From: an uncultured Chloroflexia bacterium
GTDB taxonomy: Bacteria; Chloroflexota; Anaerolineae; CG2-30-64-16
Assembly (NCBI GenBank): GCA_963774265.1
Contig: CAVZDU010000001.1
Span: 1,120,001-1,184,000 of the forward strand
Direction: 5' to 3'
DNA: 64,000 nucleotides
The notes below the pieces were generated by a model. It was not told the DNA's origin, made no database searches, and saw only the letters and a list, made by a program, of their open reading frames with translations. Shown here in pieces: positions 35,268-43,476 of the stretch; the first letter of the stretch is position 1, and every line of letters starts with the position of its first letter. Both the position numbers and the translations under genes were made by a program.

Positions 35268-36182
35268 CTAACGCCGCGCGCGGATCGCTTCAACCGCCGC
35301 ACGAGCCGCTTTGCGGACCTTATTCTTCCTATCACTGGCAGCGGCAGTTTCGAGCGCAGGGATGGATTTGGGACTACCAATGACCCCGAGCGCCTGGGCT
35401 GCAGCCTCGCGCACCATGCCGTTGCCGTCATCGCTCAGTAAACTTGCCAGATTGGGAGCAGCCGCCGGGTCGCGTAATATGCCGAGAGCCAGGGCGGCCT
35501 CGGCGCGGATCGCCGCGTCAGCGTGAGTCAGTGCATCGCTCAACGGCGATACGACGTCAGGATCACGCGATTGTCCGAGCACCTTGGCGGCCAGTTGTTG
35601 GAGTTGCGGATCGCCGGTGTAGAGCCGTTCGATCCAGATCGCGGTATCCGCCCGAGAGTGTGCTGGAATTTGCTCTCTCGCTTTCTCGGCCGCCAGGAAC
35701 TCATCGTAGAGGTCTGCGAAGGCGGGGTCGCGGGGATTGGGAGCCGGCTCAGTCGCGAATGACGCCGGGGTGCGTCTCTTTGGCTTGCTGCGGGCCATCT
35801 GGCTGGAGAACTCGCTTGCCGACAGGATGCTGGCGCCCAAGCTTCGCACGCGCGCCGTGAGACCCTGATCGTTGGTTACGACCGCATATTGTCCGGGCTG
35901 ACGATTCGAGCGCAGGAAATCGACGATAGCGTCGTCCGCGCTTTTGCCGGGCGGCGCGTAGTGCACCGCCATGCCAGGCCATGAAGGAATCGAGGTCGGA
36001 TGTCGCCCAGGGTCAGGGGCAACGCTCAGGGGGTTCCCATCGAAGAAGACGATCATCTGGCCCGCGCCCTGTGCACGGTAAGATAGCAGCCGCGCGATCA
36101 GCCGGGCCTCATCATCTGGCTGAGACAGGGAAATATCGGGCAAGACGCCGATCAGATTGTGGCCATCGATTATGTAAGCCAT
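35268..36182 (-). CDS. NYN/YacP-like PIN-fold RNase domain fused to HEAT repeats
   Basis: IIDGHNL, VFFDG, SADDAI and VVTND acidic motifs; C-terminal IRAEAALALG / VREAAAQALG / VRKAARAA repeats. Confidence 0.82.
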   Translation of the reverse strand: MAYIIDGHNLIGVLPDISLSQPDDEARLIARLLSYRAQGAGQMIVFFDGNPLSVAPDPGRHPTSIPSWPGMAVHYAPPGKSADDAIVDFLRSNRQPGQYAVVTNDQGLTARVRSLGASILSASEFSSQMARSKPKRRTPASFATEPAPNPRDPAFADLYDEFLAAEKAREQIPAHSRADTAIWIERLYTGDPQLQQLAAKVLGQSRDPDVVSPLSDALTHADAAIRAEAALALGILRDPAAAPNLASLLSDDGNGMVREAAAQALGVIGSPKSIPALETAAASDRKNKVRKAARAAVEAIRARR

Positions 36183-36193
36183 GGGGCGACTCG

Positions 36194-36222
36194 TTGACCT
36201 CGGTCGTAGTGTATGCTATGAT
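36194..36222 (+). promoter_or_regulatory. Sigma70 promoter of nfeD
   Basis: TTGACC-N17-TATGAT with an extended -10 TG. Confidence 0.6.
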
Positions 36223-36240
36223 CGCGTGGGAGTCAATGCC

Positions 36241-37533
36241 ATGAATCACTTCCGAACACACCTGCTTTTTCTCTTGCTTGTGACCGCGCTCCTGTGGGGC
36301 GGAGGCGCAGCCGCTCAAAGCCCGGGCGCTGTCAAATTGGCCGAATTCAAGGGGCCTGTGACCCCTGTGCTGGCGTCCTATATCGAGCGCTCGATCGCTG
36401 ACGCAGAGGCACAAGCTGCGGCCTTGCTGGTTATCGAGTTGGACACGCCGGGCGGCTCGGTCGATATCACCAAGAATATCACTCAGGTCATGACGGCTGC
36501 CCGCGTCCCAGTGGTGGTTTGGGTGGCGCCCAGCGGTGCGCATGCGGGCTCGGCCGGGACCTTCATTACGCTTGCCGCACACGTGGCCGCGATGGCGCCG
36601 GGCAGCAGCATCGGCGCGGCCAGCCCGGTAAGCAGCGAAGGGCAGGACTTGAACGATACGATGAAGGCCAAGGAGACGAATATCCTGGTGGCCGATATCA
36701 AGAACCTGGCCGCGCGGCGCGGAGAGAAGGCGGTGGCGTGGGCAGAGAAGGCTGTGTCTGAGGCGGCGGCCGCAACCGCTCAAGAGGCGCTCGATCTGGG
36801 TGTTGTGGATATCGTCGCGAATGACCTGGACGATCTGCTGCGCCAGTTGGATGGCCGCACCGTCACCATCGCTGGCGAGGAAATCACCTTGCAGGTCAGC
36901 GATGCGCCTGTGGAAACAATCCCGCTCAACCCCCTGGAGGGGCTGCTCAACCAGCTCACCAACCCTGCGTTGGCCGCCATCCTGCTCACCATCGGCCTTA
37001 ATGCCATTCTGTTCGAGCTTTCCAGCCCCGGCGGCTATGCCGCGGGTATTATTGGCGTAATCTGCATCCTGATGGCGTTCTATGCGCTCGGCACGGTCAA
37101 TGCCAACTGGACCGGGCTGGCGTTTGTGCTGCTCGCCGTGGTGCTTTTCATTCTGGACATCAAGGCGCCCACCCACGGTGCGTTGACACTTGGTGGCCTC
37201 GTTAGTTTTGTCTTCGGGCTTTATCTACTTTACAACACCTCCGACGTCCCGGTTCCCTGGCCTTCGATCATCGTTTCGGCTTTGGCGACGGGAGGGTTCT
37301 TTGCGTTTGCTGTGGCGAAGGCCCTTGCGATCCAGCGCCGGCCCGCAGTGGGAGGGATGACAGGCATGGTGGGGCAGACAGGGATAGTGCGCCAACCGCT
37401 TGAGCCACACGGCATGGTGCTGCTGAACGGTGAGCTTTGGAAGGCGGAGTCGGAATCAGGTCCGCTTCCTGCGGGGGACCCTGTAGTGGTGACGCGGCAG
37501 GAGGGCTTTCTGCTCTGGGTTCGGAGAGTCTGA
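36241..37533 (+). CDS. Long-form NfeD (ClpP-class membrane-bound serine protease)
   Basis: LDTPGG, AGSAG, MAPGSSIGAASPV, TM region, C-terminal OB fold (G.V.LNGELWKA). Confidence 0.9.
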   Translation: MNHFRTHLLFLLLVTALLWGGGAAAQSPGAVKLAEFKGPVTPVLASYIERSIADAEAQAAALLVIELDTPGGSVDITKNITQVMTAARVPVVVWVAPSGAHAGSAGTFITLAAHVAAMAPGSSIGAASPVSSEGQDLNDTMKAKETNILVADIKNLAARRGEKAVAWAEKAVSEAAAATAQEALDLGVVDIVANDLDDLLRQLDGRTVTIAGEEITLQVSDAPVETIPLNPLEGLLNQLTNPALAAILLTIGLNAILFELSSPGGYAAGIIGVICILMAFYALGTVNANWTGLAFVLLAVVLFILDIKAPTHGALTLGGLVSFVFGLYLLYNTSDVPVPWPSIIVSALATGGFFAFAVAKALAIQRRPAVGGMTGMVGQTGIVRQPLEPHGMVLLNGELWKAESESGPLPAGDPVVVTRQEGFLLWVRRV

Positions 37534-37548
37534 CCCTTGCACTGCATA

Positions 37549-37588
37549 ACAAACCGGGTTGCCTCCAGAGGGAGGAAACCCGGTTTGT
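37549..37588. terminator. Hairpin between convergent genes, probably a bidirectional terminator
   Basis: ACAAACCGGGTT...AACCCGGTTTGT inverted repeat. Confidence 0.65.
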
Positions 37589-37625
37589 CGTTAAGGAGGC
37601 ATTTCGGGCTGGGCGCCTTATGCGA

Positions 37626-38409
37626 TCACCCGGCACCCTGGCGGCGACCCACAAGGGTGAGCAGCACGAACACCAACAGTGCGCTGACAATTAACACGAC
37701 GGCCACCGGCTGCGCGGCCGCCAATCCAAAACCTTCGAAACGTTCGTATACCAGCACCGGCACCACCTTGGGATGGTAGGCCAGGATGACCACCGCGCCG
37801 AACTCGCTGACTCCGCGCGCCCACATCATCAGTGCGCCGGTCAGCACGCCTCGCCATGCTTGCGGCAGCGTCACGTGCCAGAACGCCTGCCACGGCGAGG
37901 CGCCATCGACCAGTGCTGCCAGCTCATACTCCTCATCGACTCTGCGCAAACGCCTCTCGGCCCGCGTTCACCAGGAAGGGCAGGCCGACGAAGGCCATCG
38001 CAACCGCGACGCCCGCCGCGGTGTCGGTGAAAGTGATGCCGATCGGCGCGAAGGCCCGGCCGAACATCCCCCGCCGGCCGAAGACCATCAGCAGGGCGAT
38101 TCCTGCTGCGGTATGCGGGATCACCAGCGGAAGGTTGACAAGCGCCTGCACCAGACGCTTGCCGGGGAAGGACCGCCGTGCGGTCAGATAAGCCAGTGGC
38201 ACCCCGGTGACGAGACCGAAGACCACCGCGGCCAGTGCGGCCAGGAAGGTCAGCCGGATCGAGCCCAGCACCTCCGGGTCATGGAGCGCATCCCAGAATG
38301 AGATCGGCGTCGTGGAGAAGAGGGTGTTGGCGAGCGGCGCCACCAGGAAGAGCAGCAGCGCCCCGCTCGCCAGGGCAAAGAGGACGTCGAGGGCAGAACG
38401 GCGGCTCAC
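37626..38409 (-). CDS. wtpB: Tungstate/molybdate ABC permease (one frameshift)
   Basis: LPLVIPHTAAGIALL, WARGVSEFGAVVILAYHP; adjacent to wtpA. Confidence 0.82.
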
Positions 38410-39572
38410 GGTGTCTCCGCAGGGCGACAGAGCGCCTGAAGCTGCACAGGCACATGCTCGTAACCGTCGGCCAGTGGAGTCTCGAACATCGGGTGGTAGT
38501 TCGCCTCCATCACGGCGCGACCCTGGGGGCCAAGGAGAAACGCGATGAACTGGCTGGCTTCCCCCGGATGCGGCGCGCTCTCTGGGATCGTTATCCCGTA
38601 GCCGATGCGCTCGCCGTGGAACTTCGGTTTCACGGTGGCGAAACGCCGGACGTCCAGGTTGACTTGGACACGACCGTAGTCAGCCTGGTGCTCGGCAGAG
38701 CCGAGATTCTCCTCATCGGGCAGGTGCAGCATCTCCAGTCCATGCTGGCGGATCACCGACTCGTACTCGAACGCATAGTCAAGGTCACCGGACTCCAGCA
38801 GAGCCACGAGCTGGATGCTGGCACCGCGCAGCATGACATGAGCACCGGATCGCGTCTCCAGCACTTCGGGCACGGTCACTGTCGCCAGGTCATCATCCAG
38901 AAAAAGCGTCACCGCCTGGGTGAACTGGCCATTGAACAGGTTGGCGAAGTAGGTGTAACGTCGTGCGCGTTCCTGCGCCAGCACGACCGCCATGAACGCC
39001 CGGTATCCCGCTGCGTCGAAGCGTGGGTCCGCGATCCCCACCTTCACGTCGGGGCGAGCCAGCACCTCCGGCCAGTTGTCGGCCGTCAGCTCGGCGGCAT
39101 ACTTGCTGCCCCGGTTGTAGGCCAGCGTCAGCCGGTTGGTGGCGAAGCGAATGTACCAGTCGGCGTAGGGATGACCCGTCCCGGGGTCAATGGCCCCGGT
39201 CATCAGCATCGGGATCAGCGAGGCGTCGGCCGTCGCAACCACGTCGATGGGTTCGTGCAGCTCGGTGGCGTGGCGGATGACCTGGATGCTGCCGTGATAT
39301 TCGGCGCGCACGTCTATCTGCGGATACTGTGCTTCGAACGCGGCCTCCAGCGCTTTGAACGGCACAATAAGACTGCCCGCCCCGAACACGACGAGGGGGA
39401 CGCGGCTCGCGGGTGGCGTTGAGGCCGCCGCAACGGTCGGGACCGATGGCAGTCCGGGGGATGGGGTCGGCGTGGCGGCCGGCGGCGCGGGGAGTGCTGC
39501 GGGTGCCACGCAGCCGATCAGCAGCACGGCTATTACCGTAAGGATGAGCCGGGTAAGCCAGCGTTTTGACAT
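38406..39572 (-). CDS. wtpA: Tungstate/molybdate-binding lipoprotein WtpA
   Basis: Lipobox LIGC; FGAGSL, GSIQ, DVVATAD, DPRFDAAGYR, LDYAFEYES (D/E metal ligands of WtpA), YGITIP. Confidence 0.85.
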   Translation of the reverse strand: MSKRWLTRLILTVIAVLLIGCVAPAALPAPPAATPTPSPGLPSVPTVAAASTPPASRVPLVVFGAGSLIVPFKALEAAFEAQYPQIDVRAEYHGSIQVIRHATELHEPIDVVATADASLIPMLMTGAIDPGTGHPYADWYIRFATNRLTLAYNRGSKYAAELTADNWPEVLARPDVKVGIADPRFDAAGYRAFMAVVLAQERARRYTYFANLFNGQFTQAVTLFLDDDLATVTVPEVLETRSGAHVMLRGASIQLVALLESGDLDYAFEYESVIRQHGLEMLHLPDEENLGSAEHQADYGRVQVNLDVRRFATVKPKFHGERIGYGITIPESAPHPGEASQFIAFLLGPQGRAVMEANYHPMFETPLADGYEHVPVQLQALCRPAETP

Positions 39573-39599
39573 CGTAAGCCTTGATCTGAGGATAGGATT

Positions 39600-39626
39600 G
39601 TAGGACAGGTTGCCAACCTGTCCTAC
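39600..39626. repeat. REP-like GTAG palindrome
   Basis: GTAGGACAGGTTG-C-CAACCTGTCCTAC, a perfect 13-bp inverted repeat in an intergenic position. Confidence 0.7.
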
Positions 39627-39633
39627 GTTGTGA

Positions 39634-41145
39634 TTACTTCAGTTCGATCTGGCTCACTTCCTTCACCCACAAGCCGCTGGACAAGCCGGGCATGGCGAGC
39701 TTGAGCTTGCCCGGCGTGTTCGTGAAGGCCACCAGGCAGTCGGCGCAGCCGAGCACGTCGGCCAGCGCGGCCTCGCTTGAATAGCCGTCCGCTGCGGTGA
39801 AGACAATCTTCGTGGCGCCGGCGGCTGGCACGGCAAGCGCCAGCAGGTCGCCCAGCCGCACACCTTCGTATTCCGCCACCCCCGACTTCGGGTGCTCCGC
39901 AGTAATCTTGACCACCTGCATACCGCGCAGGTCGGCTTCTTTCAGACCCAGCGGAGTTTCCACCGCACCGATGACCACCAGGTCGCCCGCCACGGCCGCG
40001 GGGGCCGCCTGTGTGGAGGCAACGGTCGGCTTCGGGGCCTCCGTAGGCTCGGCAGCGGCGGCATCCGTCCCATTGAGCTTGAGGTCGATCTCGCCGATCG
40101 TGCCCACCATTTCGTTGTTCTTCAGCGAGTCGCCGACCAGCCGCAGCGGGGCGTATTGCTCGGGCAGCGGGTTGTCGTTGACCAGTGAGGCGACCAGGAC
40201 GCCGTTCTGTCGGGCCAGCGGCGCGCTGTCGAGGGTGGCCGTGTAGCCATCTTGCGCTACGACCTCAACTTTGTAGCCCGCCAGGGCCAGCGCCTCGTTG
40301 AACGCCGGACCTTGATGCTTGACCTCGTCATCGGCGTAGCCCATCAGTAGCCACAGCGGGACACCGGTCCACACCTGGGCCTTACTATCGGTCCAGGTCG
40401 CCTTGTGGCACCCTACGCACGACTCGAAGGTGCCGCGATCGATCTTCGCCTGGATGCCACCGTTCAAATCCAGCGTCCAGTCGGCCCCCAAGGGCTTGAC
40501 CTCCAGTTTGGTGATCCACTTCACCGACCAGTGCCCGTCGGTCACCTGATCACGCTTCGGGCTGATGATCACGATGCGCAGGGCGCCGTCGCTATCCTCT
40601 GGCAGGGGTTTGCCCTCGCGCTCGAAGGCGAGCATGGCGGTCAGGCTGCCGGGCGACTTCAACTCATCGCCTGTGGCGGGATCGTAGGCGATGAACGTCC
40701 CTTTGGTCAGTTGATCGTAAGAGAAGGTGATGGCGTAGCCGTCCTTGGCGACCGCGTTGACCCCCATCTCGGGATCAAGCGGACCAAGCAATTCGGCGAG
40801 GGTCAGCAGGCTGACGCCCCGATGCGCGACCGGAGGCGTGATCTTGCCGGTGCTGCTCTTGAACCCCGCCGCGCCTTCGATCACATCGAGCTGCTTGAGG
40901 TCATCGAGGGTTAGTAACTTGGAGCCGGACGGCCCGACGACTTCCAGGATCGACGGAGGCACAAGGGTTGCAGCAGGCGGGATAGGTGTGGCCGTTGGGG
41001 GAACGGGCGACGCAGATGGGGGCACAACTGTAGCTGCCGGCGGGGGAGCCGGCGCTGCTGCAGGCACGGGTGCGCAACCACCCAGCACAAGCTGAGCGGC
41101 AAGCAGCGACAGACAAAGGATGGACAGAGCGGCAGAAGATTTCAT
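39634..41145 (-). CDS. Lipoprotein with three tandem molybdopterin-oxidoreductase-like (Oxidored_molyb-fold) domains
   Basis: Lipobox LGGC; three units with GVxLxxL, AxDGY, L(R/K)(L/I)(V/A) and W/M-V...I/L-E/D; CVGCH in unit 2 and CADC in unit 3. Confidence 0.75.
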   Translation of the reverse strand: MKSSAALSILCLSLLAAQLVLGGCAPVPAAAPAPPPAATVVPPSASPVPPTATPIPPAATLVPPSILEVVGPSGSKLLTLDDLKQLDVIEGAAGFKSSTGKITPPVAHRGVSLLTLAELLGPLDPEMGVNAVAKDGYAITFSYDQLTKGTFIAYDPATGDELKSPGSLTAMLAFEREGKPLPEDSDGALRIVIISPKRDQVTDGHWSVKWITKLEVKPLGADWTLDLNGGIQAKIDRGTFESCVGCHKATWTDSKAQVWTGVPLWLLMGYADDEVKHQGPAFNEALALAGYKVEVVAQDGYTATLDSAPLARQNGVLVASLVNDNPLPEQYAPLRLVGDSLKNNEMVGTIGEIDLKLNGTDAAAAEPTEAPKPTVASTQAAPAAVAGDLVVIGAVETPLGLKEADLRGMQVVKITAEHPKSGVAEYEGVRLGDLLALAVPAAGATKIVFTAADGYSSEAALADVLGCADCLVAFTNTPGKLKLAMPGLSSGLWVKEVSQIELK

Positions 41146-41178
41146 TAAAGCTCCTTCGTTGGAGTGATGGCAGAAATT

Positions 41179-41210
41179 AGATACCGCTGACGAACTCGTC
41201 AGCGGTATCT
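41179..41210. terminator. Perfect intergenic hairpin after tupA (partial terminator or mRNA stabiliser)
   Basis: AGATACCGCTGACGA-AC-TCGTCAGCGGTATCT. Confidence 0.6.
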
Positions 41211-41230
41211 GAACTGAGGCGTACCCGTCG

Positions 41231-42643
41231 CTACTTAAGATTGATCTCGACGACGCCCTTTACCTGCAGGCCCTTGGCGAAGTCGGGCAGCACCGTGCTG
41301 AAGCCGCCGTTGCTGCGGAACGACACGATACAGTTGCCACACGCGAGCACGTCGGCCAAGGGCGCCTCAGCCGTATAGCCGTCATCCGCCACAAAAACGA
41401 CCGTTTTCGCGTCTGCAGCCGGCGCGGCCTGCGCCAGCAGCTCGGTCAGCTTGATGCCAGTGTACTTCTCTTTCGCACCCTTGCTGTTGGTCGACTCGAC
41501 CTCAGTCACTGGCAGCGCCTTGATCTGTTCCTCTGACCAGGCCTGTTCTGAGCCCACCTTCCCCGTGATCTTCAACGCCGCACCGCCGGTGGCCACAGCC
41601 GCCTTGTCGCCAGAAGCAGCCTCGGCCGGCTTCGCGCTGGCGTAGAACAGCGGCTGGCCGAATTTGTCCACCCCGTAGCCGCCGATCATCTTCTGCACAT
41701 CGGGGGAGAGGATCCACTCTACGAACTGCTGCGCCAGCTCAGCCTTGACGTTAGGATGCTTTTCCGGGTTGACAGCCAACACGCCGTACGGGTTGAGCAG
41801 CGCCTTGTCCTTGTTCTCGGCCAGATTGCCGCCGCCCACCATCACGTCCAAGCCAGGCAGCTTATCGCTCATGGCGAGGTATGTGCCGCGGTCGGCCAGC
41901 GTGTAGCCTTGCTTTTCTTCTGCAAACAGCAAGGTGTCACCCATGCCCTGGCCGATCGAGTTGTACCATGTCATCTCTTTGGTCGGTGTCACAGCGATGC
42001 TCGACCAAATGCTCAACTCTTTGGTGTTCGTTCCCGACTTATCACCGCGGCTGACAAAGGGCTGTCCCGCATCCATGATCGCCTTGAAGGCCTCCTTGCC
42101 GGTGGCCATCCCCATGACTTTGGCGGGATCTGTCTTGGGGCCGACGACGATGTAATCGTTGTACATCACGTCGAAGCGTTCTTTGGCGTGCCCGTCCGCG
42201 ACGAACTGATCTTCGCCCTTGCGGCTGTGCACCAACACCACGTCGGCGTCGCCCTTGGTTCCGATTTCCAAGGCCTGCCCCGTGCCAACGGCGATTACGT
42301 CCACCGCTGCGTTAAACTTTTTTTCAAAGTCGGGCAGGATGTAATCCAGCAGGCCCGAGTCGGCCGTGCTGGTGGTGGTGGCCAGGATCAGCTTCGCCGG
42401 TTCGGCGGCAGTCGTCGGCGCCGGAACAGCGGTCGGTTCGGGCGCCTTGGTGGGTTCGGGGGGCGCCTGCGTTGGTTCAGGAGCCTTTGTCGGTTCGGCC
42501 GGCGCCTGTGTTGGTTCAGCAGTCGGTTGAGCTGGGACCTGCGTTGCCTGGGCCGCCGGCGCCGCGGGGGCAGGTGCGCATGCCCCAAGGATCGTCGCCA
42601 GCACCAGCGCGGAGGTCACGAGCATAAGAAAGCGTCTGGACAT
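41231..42643 (-). CDS. tupA: Tungstate-binding lipoprotein TupA fused to a C-terminal Oxidored_molyb-like domain
   Basis: Lipobox LGAC; EPT(Q/K)AP linker repeats; TupA signatures ATTTS..DSGLL, VGTGQAL, DVVLVH, MYND, FVSRGDKSGT, GQGMG, DRGTY, NPYGV; about 110 extra C-terminal residues. Confidence 0.88.
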   Translation of the reverse strand: MSRRFLMLVTSALVLATILGACAPAPAAPAAQATQVPAQPTAEPTQAPAEPTKAPEPTQAPPEPTKAPEPTAVPAPTTAAEPAKLILATTTSTADSGLLDYILPDFEKKFNAAVDVIAVGTGQALEIGTKGDADVVLVHSRKGEDQFVADGHAKERFDVMYNDYIVVGPKTDPAKVMGMATGKEAFKAIMDAGQPFVSRGDKSGTNTKELSIWSSIAVTPTKEMTWYNSIGQGMGDTLLFAEEKQGYTLADRGTYLAMSDKLPGLDVMVGGGNLAENKDKALLNPYGVLAVNPEKHPNVKAELAQQFVEWILSPDVQKMIGGYGVDKFGQPLFYASAKPAEAASGDKAAVATGGAALKITGKVGSEQAWSEEQIKALPVTEVESTNSKGAKEKYTGIKLTELLAQAAPAADAKTVVFVADDGYTAEAPLADVLACGNCIVSFRSNGGFSTVLPDFAKGLQVKGVVEINLK

Positions 42644-42676
42644 ATTACTCCTCCTGTGTATACTTGTATCGTGACA

Positions 42677-42704
42677 ATTATAGGCAAAGGCTATGAGCTG
42701 TCAA
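42677..42704 (-). promoter_or_regulatory. Consensus sigma70 promoter of the tupA-wtpAB operon
   Basis: Minus strand TTGACA-N16-TATAAT; -10 box ends 33 nt before the tupA ATG; GGAGGAG RBS. Confidence 0.75.
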
Positions 42705-42732
42705 CATAGCGCAGTGCCGAAGTGAGGGACCG

Positions 42733-43467
42733 TTGAACATCTTGATCGGCATCGACGATACCGACAACCTGGAGAGCCGGGGCACCGGTCACCGGGCGCG
42801 CATGCTTGGACTGGCATTGGAGGAGGCTGGATTAGGACGGCTTCAGTCTGTCACCCGCCATCAACTCCTGGTGCATCCTGACATCCGCTATACGTCGCAC
42901 AACAGCTCCGCATGCCTGGTTTCAGATGGGCAGGCATCCATCGATGACATAGAGGTTTTCTGTGCGTCGTTCCTGAGGGCCGAAAGCGCGGATGGTGCGG
43001 ATGCCGGGTTGTGCGTGCTTTCGCAAGAGCGCGTCGGTCCGGGCTTAATCTCCTTCGGACTACGCGCCAAGCGCGAGGTGCTGAGCCAGGCTGAGGCATT
43101 TGGATGGGCTGCCCGAAGTGGTGCACGGTTGAGCGGGCTCACCGGTGATGGAGGCGGCGTGATCGGCGCCCTGGCGGCCATCGGGCTGCGTGCGGCGGGT
43201 GAAGACGGACGCTTCCTTTGGCTTCCGGGCTTACGTGAGCTCTCCGGGACAGCCACCGTGGCAGATTTGTGGGAGCAGGCGTGCATCGAGATCGTCCAGT
43301 CCGTGGAAGGTGTGCCGCTCGCGCCTCAGACGCTCATTGAACTGGGAAATTGGGTGCGACCCGTGTTGCATGGCGGCAAGGCCGTGTTACTCGTCGAGTC
43401 TAGCGCGGGGGACGCGAACCGCTGGCGTGTGGCAGCGCGTGACATCATCAAGCAGCGCTCCGAATAA
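42733..43467 (+). CDS. TiaS N-terminal-like (DDTD) protein of unknown function
   Basis: IGIDDTD...GTG, RHQL...IRYTSHNSS and GVIGALAAIG resemble the TiaS/DUF1743 catalytic core; no OB fold or Zn ribbon. Confidence 0.7.
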   Translation: MNILIGIDDTDNLESRGTGHRARMLGLALEEAGLGRLQSVTRHQLLVHPDIRYTSHNSSACLVSDGQASIDDIEVFCASFLRAESADGADAGLCVLSQERVGPGLISFGLRAKREVLSQAEAFGWAARSGARLSGLTGDGGGVIGALAAIGLRAAGEDGRFLWLPGLRELSGTATVADLWEQACIEIVQSVEGVPLAPQTLIELGNWVRPVLHGGKAVLLVESSAGDANRWRVAARDIIKQRSE

Positions 43468-43476
43468 GGCCCGATT

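Noticed and set aside
42644-42732. Moco/Wco riboswitch upstream of tupA
   Set aside because: The predicted leader is only about 27 nt.
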